The notes under the pieces were generated by a model. The model saw nothing but the letters and a program-made list of their open reading frames with translations. It did no database searches and was not told where the DNA came from. From the IMG/VR virus record IMGVR_UViG_2617270939_000001: 12,103 bases of DNA; one strand, 5' to 3'. Below, one piece after another: positions 1 to 9,327 of this stretch. A program made the position numbers and the translations under genes. The DNA is from a virus. Its lineage: Duplodnaviria > Heunggongvirae > Uroviricota > Caudoviricetes. The stretch's first letter is position 1. The number at the start of each line of letters is the position of its first letter.

Positions 1-486
1 CGTAAGCTGCATCTCGCCGTTGACAGTAAAACACATGAAATCATCTGCGCTGACCTGTCGCTGAACAACGTTACGGACTCAGAGGCCTTCCCCGGGTTAA
101 TCCGGCAGACTCACAGAAAAATCAGGGCAGCATCGGCAGACGGCGCTTACGACACCCGGCTCTGTCACGATGAACTGCGGCGTAAGAAAATCAGCGCGCT
201 TATCCCGCCCCGAAAAGGCGCGGGTTACTGGCCCGGTGAATATGCAGACCGTAACCGTGCTGTTGCGAATCAGCGGCTGACCGGGAGTAATGCGCGGTGG
301 AAATGGACAACAGATTATAACCGTCGCTCGATAGCGGAAACGGCGATGTACCGGGTAAAACAGCTGTTCGGAGGTTCACTGACACTGCGTGACTACGATG
401 GTCAGGTTGCAGAGGCTATGGCCCTGGTACGAGCGCTGAACAAAATGACGAAAGCAGGTATGCCTGAAAGCGTGCGTATTGCCTGA
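1..486 (+). CDS. IS903-group DDE transposase, C-terminal 161 codons (5' partial at window edge)
   Basis: Open frame from base 1 to TGA at 484-486. Not in the ORF track because it has no start inside the window. Protein is typical of IS5/IS903 transposase C-termini. Confidence 0.8.
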   Translation, partial: RKLHLAVDSKTHEIICADLSLNNVTDSEAFPGLIRQTHRKIRAASADGAYDTRLCHDELRRKKISALIPPRKGAGYWPGEYADRNRAVANQRLTGSNARWKWTTDYNRRSIAETAMYRVKQLFGGSLTLRDYDGQVAEAMALVRALNKMTKAGMPESVRIA

Positions 487-524
487 AAACACAACCCGCT
501 ACGGGGGAGACTTACCCGAAATCT

Positions 525-542
525 GATTTATTCAACAAAGCC
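525..542. repeat. IS903-type terminal inverted repeat (right end)
   Basis: Matches the reverse complement of GGCTTTGTTGAATAAATC, positioned just after the transposase stop. Confidence 0.7.
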
Positions 543-652
543 ACGCATTCGTTTATTTTCGAACGTGTACATACAAATATGCACAAAAATAATCAAAATT
601 ATTTTCTGAGATGCATTATGATATGAACACCAATTTCGTATAGAGTCTCACT

Positions 653-1243
653 ATGTCTCGAATTTTTGCTTACTGTCGGATATCAACGCTGGATCAGACC
701 ACCGAAAATCAACGCCGGGAAATCGAAAGTGCAGGTTTTAAAATCAAACCTCAGCAAATAATCGAAGAACACATTAGCGGCTCAGCAGCAACCAGTGAGC
801 GTCCTGGTTTTAACCGGTTGCTTGCTCGCCTGAAATGTGGTGATCAATTGATTGTGACAAAACTGGATCGCCTTGGTTGTAATGCAATGGATATCAGGAA
901 AACAGTGGAACAACTGACCGAAACAGGTATCAGAGTGCATTGCTTAGCATTGGGGGGCATTGACCTGACCAGTCCAACAGGAAAAATGATGATGCAAGTA
1001 ATTTCAGCAGTCGCTGAATTTGAACGAGACCTTTTACTTGAACGCACTCATTCCGGGATAGTAAGAGCCCGGGGCGCAGGGAAACGTTTTGGTAGACCAC
1101 CTGTGTTAAATGAAGAACAGAAACAGGTGGTATTCGAACGAATTAAGTCAGGTGTAAGTATAAGTGCCATTGCCCGGGAATTCAAAACCTCGCGGCAAAC
1201 CATTTTAAGAGCCAAAGCAAAACTTCAGACACCTGACATATAA
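653..1243 (+). CDS. pin: Serine recombinase / DNA invertase of the Pin/Gin/Hin/Cin family, 196 aa, apparently intact
   Basis: N-terminal catalytic motif YCRISTLDQ with the active-site Ser; C-terminal HTH ([16 protein letters not shown]). Length and sequence agree with PinQ/PinR of K-12 cryptic prophages as I remember them. Confidence 0.9.
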
Positions 1244-1340
1244 AAAATAATCTCGGTGTGAGATGCTTTACGTCTTCCAAGCCACCTTCCTTGCCGTAAA
1301 TGGAAAGATACATCTAATTATAGAATTTATATGTTTTACC

Positions 1341-1916
1341 CTACGGCAGTGCTGGCCATTCAATATCCTGTGCAGTTGACGTATCAACACGGTTCAGCAA
1401 TACCCGATACTTTTTCCATGCTTCCAGCAACGAGATTTCTTCCTCCGTTGCAATTTCCAGATCTGCAGCATCCTGAAGCGGCGCAATATGCTCACTGGCT
1501 ACCTGCATCAGGCTGTTTTTTGTTTCTTCCGCCTCCCGGATCCGGAACAGTTTTTCTGCTTCCGTATCCTTCACCCAGGCTGTGCCGTTCCACTTCTGAT
1601 ATTCCCCTCCCGGCGATAACCAGGTAACATTTTCCGGTAACGGACCGAGTTCAGAAATAAATAACGCGTCGCCGGAAGCCACGTCATAAACCGTTTTACC
1701 CCGATGATCTTCAACGAGATGCCACGATGCCTCATCACTGTTGAAAACAGCCACGAAGCCTGCCGGAATATCTGGCGGTGCAATATCGGTACTGTTTGCT
1801 GGCAGACCTGTATGAGGCGGAATATATGCGTCACCTTCACCAATAAATTCATTAGTTCCGGCCAGCAGATTATAAATTTTTATGGTCCGTGGTTGTTCAC
1901 TCATTCTGAATGCCAT
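1341..1916 (-). CDS. tfa: Tail fibre assembly protein (Tfa), 191 aa
   Basis: Its start codon (1914-1916) shares one base with the stf stop (1916-1918), TAATG on the coding strand. Protein is TfaQ/TfaR-like. Convergent with pin, as in Rac and Qin. Confidence 0.85.
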   Translation of the reverse strand: MAFRMSEQPRTIKIYNLLAGTNEFIGEGDAYIPPHTGLPANSTDIAPPDIPAGFVAVFNSDEASWHLVEDHRGKTVYDVASGDALFISELGPLPENVTWLSPGGEYQKWNGTAWVKDTEAEKLFRIREAEETKNSLMQVASEHIAPLQDAADLEIATEEEISLLEAWKKYRVLLNRVDTSTAQDIEWPALP

Positions 1917-3904
1917 TATGCAAGCCTCACAATATAGTTAAATGCGATGTTTTTGACGGTGTTTTCCGCGTTACCAGCAGCGTTAACGGTGATGGTATGT
2001 CCATGTGAACCAATCGCAACGGAGTGCGTATGAGCACCAATACCGACAGTATGTGCGTGTGCACCTGCGCTTGCAGCAGTACCCGATACAGAGTGCGTAT
2101 GAGCGCCTGCAGAAGAAGTGTTAACACTGTATTTAGAATAATCAGGTGATCCACTTCCCGGAGCACCACTGGAACCACCTGAAACAAATGTCATCGAATG
2201 GGTATGTGCACCGGCTGAAGCAGCCGTACCGCTAACACTATGGGTATGCGCACCAGTGTTATTCGTGGATTTAGTGCCGTAATCAAACGACGATGTGGTT
2301 TTCGTCCCCAAATCCGTACTGGATACGCTGGCGCTGTGGGTGTGTGATTTAATGCCGTCCTGTTCCTGAGACAATACGGCTCGATCACTGGCGGGCTTGC
2401 CCTTAATCGTCCAGCCACGCATATCAGGGATCACGCCTGACGGATAAGCGGCTGCAAGTTTCGGGTAAGCAGATTTGTCAAAAGTCTGCCCCTGCATCAG
2501 GGCATAACCAGACGGAACGGTATCTGATGGCCACGGGATTGGTGCGCCGACTGGATAAAACTCTGCAGGAGGATGAGCCGAGGTGTAAAGCTGCGCCCAC
2601 GGCGACCAGTTTGCGTCGGTCGTATCCCGTCGTGAACGAATAAATGCCGGAGCATGATCGCCGCTGGTTCCACTCCAGCCAATAAGTAACTCACCCTCTC
2701 CTACTGCGGTTACACCAGTGAGATGAAGCACATTACCATAGGTTGTTGGGTAGCCATTGTTGTATGCCTCATACATCTGAATGCCTGGTGTACCCTTTGC
2801 GCTCCCACTTAATGCCGTAACACGGTTTCTGGATACTAACGTATTAATATTTATATCGCTGGAACCATCAAATTTAACTCCATTTATATTTATCGCATTT
2901 TGTAACTTGGTTGCTGTCAATGCGTTACCGTTCAGACTTGCGGACAGTTTGGTTCCAATAACCAGTTCGCCGGTTGCGTTATCAATAGCAAACGGTCTTA
3001 ATGTATTCCAGCCACCATAAACATCACCTTGATTGGTAAGCAGCAGGTAAGTTTTAGCGCCATCATTACGCCATAATGCACCATACTCCCCACCTATCAT
3101 TCGAATCTGATTACCACCACGCGCTACAATTTCGTCTGTGGCAAAAAGTTTTTTGCACGACAAGTTATCGTTAACGATTAACGAATGAGACTCATAAAAA
3201 CCACGCCCACTCTTAAAATCAAGGATAACGTCCGCCGCGATACATTCAGTCGCCGGATTTGTTGCCCCAAACTTATAGGTCGTATCATTAACAACGAGAT
3301 CAGCACCAGGTGCGGATATTGACAGGCCATCTTCGATAAACGCAAAAACAGGGAAAGCAGCGCCATCAACATAGAACACAGAGCGCAAATCATCGCCCTT
3401 ATTACTCATCATTATTGAGTGGATGGCTCGTTCATTGTTTTGATATTGCCAGAACATTCCATAAGCATAACGCCCCCTGTCAGTCCAGCCACCAGGCATA
3501 ACAAATCCGTTAAACTCGCAGTTATTCATCGGATCGCCTGCGGTTCGCGTTGCCGTGGTGATAATGACCCTTGATGCCAGTTCGCTTACTGAGCCAGCAG
3601 AACGCATAACAGCAACAGGGTAATATTTTCCAGATGTTGCACCTGCAGGAGCGTTAACCCGCACATAACGCATACCACGCTTATCAGCAAAGTCTGTTTT
3701 ACTGACCGCGTTAATGTTGTTCAGGAAGCGTCCCTTATCGGGTATATCAGCGCCGTTCTGGTCTTTCTGCAGACGTTTCTCTGCATTGTCATAGGCTGCT
3801 TTTACTGCCTTTGGCGTTGCCGCCAGCGTTTCAGACGTGCTGTTGGTCGCACTGCTGAGCTGTACTATCCCCTTTTTCGTCGTGCTCGCATCCTCAAGCG
3901 CCAC
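1916..3904 (-). CDS. stf: Side tail fibre protein (Stf), C-terminal portion only; the frame is open up to about 4294 but has no ATG, and homology to lambda Stf begins about 4230
   Basis: Translation matches the lambda Stf middle and C-terminus ([35 protein letters not shown] … [14 protein letters not shown] … [31 protein letters not shown]). Upstream in the same frame (3905-4230) is the Ala/Ser/Thr-rich repeat typical of Stf. The 3904 start in the ORF track is a GTG (Val in SAVALED), not a true start. Confidence 0.8.
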   Translation of the reverse strand: MALEDASTTKKGIVQLSSATNSTSETLAATPKAVKAAYDNAEKRLQKDQNGADIPDKGRFLNNINAVSKTDFADKRGMRYVRVNAPAGATSGKYYPVAVMRSAGSVSELASRVIITTATRTAGDPMNNCEFNGFVMPGGWTDRGRYAYGMFWQYQNNERAIHSIMMSNKGDDLRSVFYVDGAAFPVFAFIEDGLSISAPGADLVVNDTTYKFGATNPATECIAADVILDFKSGRGFYESHSLIVNDNLSCKKLFATDEIVARGGNQIRMIGGEYGALWRNDGAKTYLLLTNQGDVYGGWNTLRPFAIDNATGELVIGTKLSASLNGNALTATKLQNAININGVKFDGSSDININTLVSRNRVTALSGSAKGTPGIQMYEAYNNGYPTTYGNVLHLTGVTAVGEGELLIGWSGTSGDHAPAFIRSRRDTTDANWSPWAQLYTSAHPPAEFYPVGAPIPWPSDTVPSGYALMQGQTFDKSAYPKLAAAYPSGVIPDMRGWTIKGKPASDRAVLSQEQDGIKSHTHSASVSSTDLGTKTTSSFDYGTKSTNNTGAHTHSVSGTAASAGAHTHSMTFVSGGSSGAPGSGSPDYSKYSVNTSSAGAHTHSVSGTAASAGAHAHTVGIGAHTHSVAIGSHGHTITVNAAGNAENTVKNIAFNYIVRLA

Positions 3905-4665
3905 GGCGGATGCAATATCCTCTGCCCGTTTTGCTGCTGTCTCGGCGCGCGTTGCCGCGGATTCCGCCGTACTTTTGCTCTGAGCTGCCGCCGTCGCACT
4001 GCCAGCTGCCTCTGTCGCCTTCGTGGATGCCGTCGTGGCGCTGCCCTTCGCTGCTGACGCCTGTCTGGTCGCCTCATCTTTTGAAGCAGACGCCGATGAT
4101 GCCGATGACGCCGCCGAACTGGCGGACGATGCCGCTGCCGTTTTTGAGGATTCTGCACGGGTTTCCGACGCTTTCGCGTTCGTTTCGGATGTCTTCGCTG
4201 CGGAAGCTGACCTCGCTGCTGCACTGGCCTGTTTTCCAGTTCCGGAAAACGCCGCTGCACCGACAGGGGGATCCCGTCGAGAATACTGGCAATTTCACCT
4301 GCGATCCGCGACAGCACGAAAGTACAGAATGCGGTTTCCACCACTTCAGCGGAGTCTCTGGCATTTTTCAGCTCCTGTGCGTCGGCCTGCGCACGCGTAA
4401 GTCGATGGCGTTCGTACTCAATAGTCCCTGGCTGGAGATCTGTCTCGCTGGCCCGCCGCAGTTCTTCAACTTCCCGGCGCAGCTTTTCGTTCTCAATTTC
4501 AGCATCCCTTTCGGCATACCATCTTATAACGGCGGCAGAGTCATAAAGCACCTCATTACCCTTGCCACCGCCTCGCAGAACGGGCATTCCCTGTTCCTGC
4601 CAGTTCTGAATGGTACGGATACTCGCACCGAAAATGTCAGCCAGCTGCTTTTTGTTGACTTCCAT
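3865..4665 (-). CDS. nohA: Terminase small subunit Nu1 homologue (NohA-like): 146 N-terminal codons are Nu1, then about 120 codons of out-of-frame stf DNA (deletion fusion, probably non-functional)
   Basis: First 146 aa ([29 protein letters not shown]…[12 protein letters not shown]) are nearly identical to lambda Nu1, including the wHTH. After codon 146 (about 4230) the protein becomes an Arg/Pro/Gln-rich tail, which is the Ala-rich stf repeat DNA read in the wrong frame. Confidence 0.8.
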   Translation of the reverse strand: MEVNKKQLADIFGASIRTIQNWQEQGMPVLRGGGKGNEVLYDSAAVIRWYAERDAEIENEKLRREVEELRRASETDLQPGTIEYERHRLTRAQADAQELKNARDSAEVVETAFCTFVLSRIAGEIASILDGIPLSVQRRFPELENRPVQQRGQLPQRRHPKRTRKRRKPVQNPQKRQRHRPPVRRRHRHHRRLLQKMRRPDRRQQRRAAPRRHPRRRQRQLAVRRRQLRAKVRRNPRQRAPRQQQNGQRILHPPWRLRMRARRKRG

Positions 4666-4900
4666 TGTTCATTCCACGGCCAAAAACAGAGAAAGGAAAC
4701 GACAGAGGCCCAAAAGTTCGTTTTCAGCACCTGTCGTTTCCTTTCTTTTCAGGGGGTATTTTAAATAAAAACATTAAGTTACGACGAAGAAGAACGGAAA
4801 CGCCTTAAACCGGAAAATTTTCATAAATAGCGAAAACCCGCGAGGTCGCCGCCCCGTAACCTGTCGGATCGCCGGAAAGGACCCGCAAAATGATAATAAT
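4666..4900 (-). other. Intact lambda-type cohesive-end site: cosB (between Nu1 start and cosN), cosN (4843-4854), cosQ side (about 4855-4895)
   Basis: The minus strand reads …CCGACAGGTTACG|GGGCGGCGACCTCGCGGGTTTTCGCTATTTATGAAAATTTTCCGGTTTAAGGCG…, which is the lambda right end joined to the lambda left end with the 12-nt cohesive sequence GGGCGGCGACCT, directly upstream of the Nu1 start (ATG 4665-4663). Confidence 0.85.
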
Positions 4901-5053
4901 TATCATCTACATGTCACAACGTGCATCTACGCCATCAAACCACGTCAAATAATCAATTATGACGCAGGTATCGTATTAATTGATCTGCATCAACTTAACG
5001 TAAAAACAACTTCAGACAATACAAATCAGCGACACTGAATACGGGACAACCTC

Positions 5054-5287
5054 ATGTCAACGAAGAACAGAACCCGCAGAACAACAACCCGCAACATCCG
5101 CTTTCCTAACCAAATGATTGAACAAATTAACATCGCTCTTGAGCAAAAAGGGTCCGGGAATTTCTCAGCCTGGGTCATTGAAGCCTGCCGCCGGAGACTG
5201 TGCTCAGAAAAAAGAGTTTCTTCTGAAGCAAACAAAGAAAAGAGTGACATTACTGAATTGCTCAGAAAACAGGTCAGACCAGATTGA
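5054..5287 (+). CDS. Small basic protein, 77 aa, predicted ribbon-helix-helix DNA-binding fold (YnfO-like by position)
   Basis: Basic N-terminus (KNRTRRTTTRN), then a beta-strand-like IRFPNQ and two helices (MIEQINIALEQ / FSAWVIEACRRRL), resembling Arc/MetJ/CopG-type RHH proteins. Lies between cos and ydfO, where ynfO sits in K-12 Qin. Confidence 0.6.
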   Translation: MSTKNRTRRTTTRNIRFPNQMIEQINIALEQKGSGNFSAWVIEACRRRLCSEKRVSSEANKEKSDITELLRKQVRPD

Positions 5288-5344
5288 AGCAATTTAGATA
5301 ATCGTGCAGACTACGCCCCCTCATATCACATGGAAGGTTTATCT

Positions 5345-5755
5345 ATGGATCAGGTAGTCATTTTTAAACAAATATTTGATAAAGTTCGAAACGATTTAAA
5401 CTATCAATGGTTTTATTCTGAGCTAAAACGTCACAATGTCTCACATTACATTTACTATTTAGCCACAGAGAATGTTCATATTGTATTAAAAAATGATAAT
5501 ACAGTGTTATTAAAGGGCCTAAAAAACATTGTGTCTGTCAAATTTTCAAAGGATAGGCATCTTATAGAAACGACCTCTAATAAGCTGAAATCCAGAGAGA
5601 TCACATTTCAGGAATACAGAAGAAACCTTGCTAAAGCAGGAGTTTTTCGGTGGGTTACAAATATCCACGAACAAAAAAGATATTACTATACCTTTGATAA
5701 TTCATTACTATTTACTGAAAGCATCCAGAAAACTACACAGATCTTACCACGCTAA
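5345..5755 (+). CDS. ydfO: DUF1398-family prophage protein YdfO-like, 136 aa (the ORF track begins at an upstream ATG, 5330)
   Basis: A GGAAGG Shine-Dalgarno lies 7 nt before ATG 5345. Sequence and length agree with K-12 YdfO as I recall it. Confidence 0.7.
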
Positions 5756-5857
5756 ACCATAACGTCCGGCTTCTCTCACTCCTGAGCCGGACTGCATTGG
5801 TTTAATAAAAACCATCAACAATTGTGATTTAGATATTCGGAACCATTCAAATATAAC

Positions 5858-5880
5858 AAAACCCCGTAAAAACGAGGTTT
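5858..5880. terminator. Candidate bidirectional rho-independent terminator between ydfO (+) and gnsB (-)
   Basis: Imperfect hairpin AAACCcCG-taaaaa-CGaGGTTT with T-rich flanks on both strands. Stem has a mismatch. Confidence 0.35.
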
Positions 5881-5906
5881 ATGGATAAATTTTATTATTG
5901 AATACA

Positions 5907-6080
5907 TCAGATTAAATTAATCTTGACATCATAGCTTTCAAGACCCGTCATTTTTTCCCGTGCGGTAAACTGAATACTGGTAACTTCTTTCCCGGTCTTT
6001 TTCTTAAGTTCAATAATTTTTTTTGTTATATATTCAGAAATATCTGCTTCTGCTTTTGTTTTTAAGTTTTCAATATTCAT
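5907..6080 (-). CDS. gnsB: GnsB, 57 aa; absent from the ORF track because it is under 60 aa
   Basis: Manual reverse-complement translation gives MNIENLKTKAEADISEYITKKIIELKKKTGKEVTSIQFTAREKMTGLESYDVKINLI, stop TGA at 5907-5909. AAGAGGAAATG precedes the start (tandem ATGs at 6083 and 6080). Confidence 0.8.
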   Translation of the reverse strand: MNIENLKTKAEADISEYITKKIIELKKKTGKEVTSIQFTAREKMTGLESYDVKINLI

Positions 6081-6251
6081 CATTTCCTCTTTTAGTCTGT
6101 TATGACTTTCCAGTTACACAGTAAGTCGATTATATGGTGCAAACGTGTAAAAGATAAGATGAAACATCGCAATAATCAACATACGATAGTCTAAATTTTA
6201 CACAAACAGACAAAGAGAATTTTCCTGAATTATCAATGCAATAGCATCAAA

Positions 6252-6482
6252 TCAACTCAAGAGCCTTATTGCTGCTTCCAGAATTTCTTCTGAAGTAACA
6301 TGTCGATCCGCGGCTACATAAATGACTTTATGATCTCCGGTCAGAGATGGAAACCCTGCGGCCATTACAGTAAGGTGTGTTTTTTCGCCATTTGGATATT
6401 CACGCATGATGGTGTTAACTCCAGTCATCGCTGGCACTACCACTGCTGGTTCAGAGTTAAAAAAAACTATGATTTTTTTCAT
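6252..6482 (-). CDS. Small hypothetical protein, 76 aa from MKKIIVFF (track ORF extends to a further upstream ATG at 6524); at the position of the cold-shock-induced ynfN in Qin
   Basis: Clean ORF in the AT-rich cargo block, same strand as the flanking gnsB and cspI. Start is ambiguous and the SD is weak. I do not recognise the sequence with confidence. Confidence 0.5.
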   Translation of the reverse strand: MKKIIVFFNSEPAVVVPAMTGVNTIMREYPNGEKTHLTVMAAGFPSLTGDHKVIYVAADRHVTSEEILEAAIRLLS

Positions 6483-6523
6483 GATGTTACCGTAGTATGT
6501 GAGTATCCATCGAATAGACACCA

Positions 6524-6560
6524 AGCAAAAAAGCTCCCGAAGGAGCCTTCATTTTCACTT
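6524..6560. terminator. Candidate terminator/attenuator hairpin between cspI and the downstream small ORF
   Basis: GCTCC-cgaa-GGAGC, a 5-bp GC stem with a GNRA-like loop, flanked by an A run (6524-6532) and T-rich sequence (6551-6565). Stem is short. Confidence 0.3.
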
Positions 6561-6753
6561 TTTTAAATCCAACGACAGACGGCTGGCATTTAAGTATTGT
6601 GAAATATTATCAAATGTAATCATCATTGATTTACAAAAGATACATTTTGCCCCGAAAGGATTCATGTCAGAAACATCAAAAGATGATGTTCTATACTGGG
6701 AACCATGACAACACGGGCATCTAAAGTGAATATGGTTTGTAATATTGTCTACC

Positions 6754-6966
6754 TCAAAGCGCCACTACATGAACAGCGGCAGGACCTTTAGGTCCGTTCT
6801 CAATACCAAATTCAACTTCCTGATTCTCAGTTAATGTTTTGAAATCGTTGCTCTGAATTGCTGAGAAATGGACAAACACATCTTTGCTGCCATCTTTCGG
6901 CGTGATGAAACCAAAACCTTTTTCAGGGTTAAACCATTTCACTAAACCAGTCATTTTGTTAGACAT
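6754..6966 (-). CDS. cspI: Cold-shock protein CspI (CspA family), 70 aa
   Basis: [70 protein letters not shown] carries RNP1 (KGFGFI) and RNP2 (VFVHF). Confidence 0.9.
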   Translation of the reverse strand: MSNKMTGLVKWFNPEKGFGFITPKDGSKDVFVHFSAIQSNDFKTLTENQEVEFGIENGPKGPAAVHVVAL

Positions 6967-7098
6967 AATTATTACCTTTTGAAGAAATTAGCCCTTGGGC
7001 AGAATGGTCCGAAAAAAAATATCAGAGAGAAAAACCAACAAGGAAATCTCAAGAGGTACAAATAATAAAATTATAACAATGACTGCTTCAGATAAATT

Positions 7099-7146
7099 TG
7101 TAACAAACCAGAACACCATTAACGCATGATTAACCACCCATAGCAA
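7099..7146 (-). promoter_or_regulatory. Predicted cspI promoter (-35 TTGCTA 7146-7141, 17-bp spacer, -10 GTTAAT 7123-7118) and cold-box-like 5' UTR start (GGTTTGTTACA, 7109-7099)
   Basis: Same layout as the cspB promoter in this window, and similar to the cspA promoter (TTGCAT/CTTAAT) followed by a GGTTTGACGTACAGAC cold box, as I recall it. Predicted 5' UTR about 144 nt. Confidence 0.45.
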
Positions 7147-7328
7147 GGATTACTTTTGTAAAGAAAAACACAGCAATGAAAGAATAGCTTTATTTATTAA
7201 TAAAACGTGTCATTCTGATTAAGACCTTTTATCTTACCCTTAAGATTTCAGGAATTTTGGCTCATGGAAGAGTCCTTTTTATTTAAATTTTACATTCCGC
7301 GATGTAAATGTTCCGATTTAATATTACC

Positions 7329-8662
<1,334 letters not shown>

Positions 8663-8666
8663 TGGA

Positions 8667-8882
8667 TTATTCTCCTCTCGCAGCCTTACGCCTGTCTTCT
8701 TTAATCTTGAAATAAAGATTTGTCAGATACGTCAGCAGGCCAAAAACCAGGCTACCCAGCACACCGATTGCAGCCCACTGTGACGGAGTTACTTTATCGA
8801 GTAACTGCAATGCCCAGAAACCAGCATTACCCGCCGATGTGCCATAGGCAACACCTGTTGTTAACTTATCCATTGATTTCAT
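8667..8882 (-). CDS. essQ: Class II holin / pinholin, phage 21 S-like, 71 aa, with dual-start motif MKSM
   Basis: [71 protein letters not shown] has two TM segments and is very similar to S21 as I recall it. GGTGAGGAT SD before ATG 8882. The track ORF's 25-codon upstream extension is not supported. Confidence 0.85.
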   Translation of the reverse strand: MKSMDKLTTGVAYGTSAGNAGFWALQLLDKVTPSQWAAIGVLGSLVFGLLTYLTNLYFKIKEDRRKAARGE

Positions 8883-9101
8883 ATCCTCACCCCGATGTAC
8901 ACGGATGGTGCAATATGTTTGAAAAGATCGGAGTCTACGGGGTAGTTTTGACAGCACACGTTGTTCTCAACGGCGCTAAAAAAACATACACATTAAAAAT
9001 GTGGGTAATTATTTTGAAAGAAAGTCATATATAAAATAATAATACGAGAAATGTTTTCATATTTAGTGTACTGTATACGGCCATTTATACAGGAAAAGCC
9101 T

Positions 9102-9272
9102 ATGTCAGAACGTAAAGACTCAAAATCACGCCGTAATTATCTCGTTAAATGTTCCTGCCCAAACTGCACCCAAGAGTCAGAACACAGTTTTTCAAGAGTA
9201 CAGAAAGGTGCCCTTTTGATCTGCCCTCATTGCAACAAAGTATTCCAGACAAATCTTAAAGCTGTAGCCTGA
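9102..9272 (+). CDS. Small zinc-ribbon protein, 56 aa, of the kind described as YnfQ/YmcF-type small proteins next to csp genes
   Basis: AGGAAAA SD before ATG 9102. Two CxxC pairs (CSCPNC … CPHC). Antisense to the late lysis operon. The upstream part of the track ORF (from 9051) lacks an SD. Confidence 0.6.
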   Translation: MSERKDSKSRRNYLVKCSCPNCTQESEHSFSRVQKGALLICPHCNKVFQTNLKAVA

Positions 9273-9327
9273 TTGATTTTATTAGTAACAAGTATTTTTT
9301 ATATTTTAATAATATATTTAAAGCAGA

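Larger units (their letters stand above)
1..542 (+). mobile_element. IS5-family (IS903-group) insertion sequence, right-hand portion; element continues left of the window
   Basis: Frame-1 translation from base 1 is an uninterrupted DDE transposase C-terminus (…SIAETAMYRVKQLFGG…MPESVRIA, stop 484-486). 38 bp later the sequence ends with gatttattcaacaaagcc (525-542), the reverse complement of GGCTTTGTTGAATAAATC, which I recall as the IS903/IS102 terminal inverted repeat. Confidence 0.8.

Noticed and set aside
200-385. 61-aa minus-strand ORF inside the IS
   Set aside because: Antisense to the continuous transposase frame, with no SD; alternative-frame artefact.
543-652. Looked for a gix/hix/pix-type crossover site (TT.TC..AAACC half-sites) flanking pin or tfa-stf, as expected if pin still served an invertible segment
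   Set aside because: No convincing 26-bp site found by eye in 543-652 or 1244-1340. The palindromic stretch at about 1290-1312 is a poor match. The invertible-segment architecture appears lost.
844-1047. 67-aa ORF antisense to pin
   Set aside because: Lies wholly within the well-supported pin coding region on the opposite strand, with no SD.
1331-1937. ORFs 1331-1627 (+), 1571-1852 (-), 1704-1937 (+) overlapping tfa
   Set aside because: Alternative-frame or antisense ORFs inside a gene with clear homology; low-complexity translations.
1927-3393. Several 65-86-aa minus and plus ORFs inside stf (1927-2187, 2191-2418, 2497-2694, 2781-3020, 3178-3393)
   Set aside because: All overlap the stf frame, which has strong lambda Stf homology; they are out-of-frame readings.
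3865-4230. Arg/Pro/Gln-rich C-terminal 120 aa of the NohA-like ORF as a possible nucleic-acid-binding domain
   Set aside because: It is the stf Ala/Ser-rich repeat DNA read one base out of frame after the deletion junction, not an evolved domain.
3910-4764. 284-aa plus-strand ORF, plus ORFs 4023-4400 (+), 4074-4364 (-) and 4524-4730 (-)
   Set aside because: Antisense or alternative frames of the Ala-rich stf repeat and of nu1. High GC and a repetitive GCN codon structure keep all six frames open. Translations are low complexity (Pro/Arg/Ala-rich).
5026-5292. 88-aa ORF antisense to the RHH-like gene
   Set aside because: Overlaps the plus-strand gene completely and has no SD. The plus-strand gene has the recognisable fold and expected position.
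6300-6708. ORFs 6300-6566 (+) and 6499-6708 (+)
   Set aside because: AT-rich low-complexity translations, antisense to or overlapping the small minus-strand ORF and the hairpin; no SD.
8667-8957. 25-codon N-terminal extension of the holin ORF in the track
   Set aside because: The SD precedes the internal MKSM start, which gives the canonical 71-aa dual-start holin; the extension has no SD.
8720-9034. 104-aa plus-strand ORF overlapping the holin and its promoter region
   Set aside because: Antisense to the holin, no SD, no recognisable motifs.
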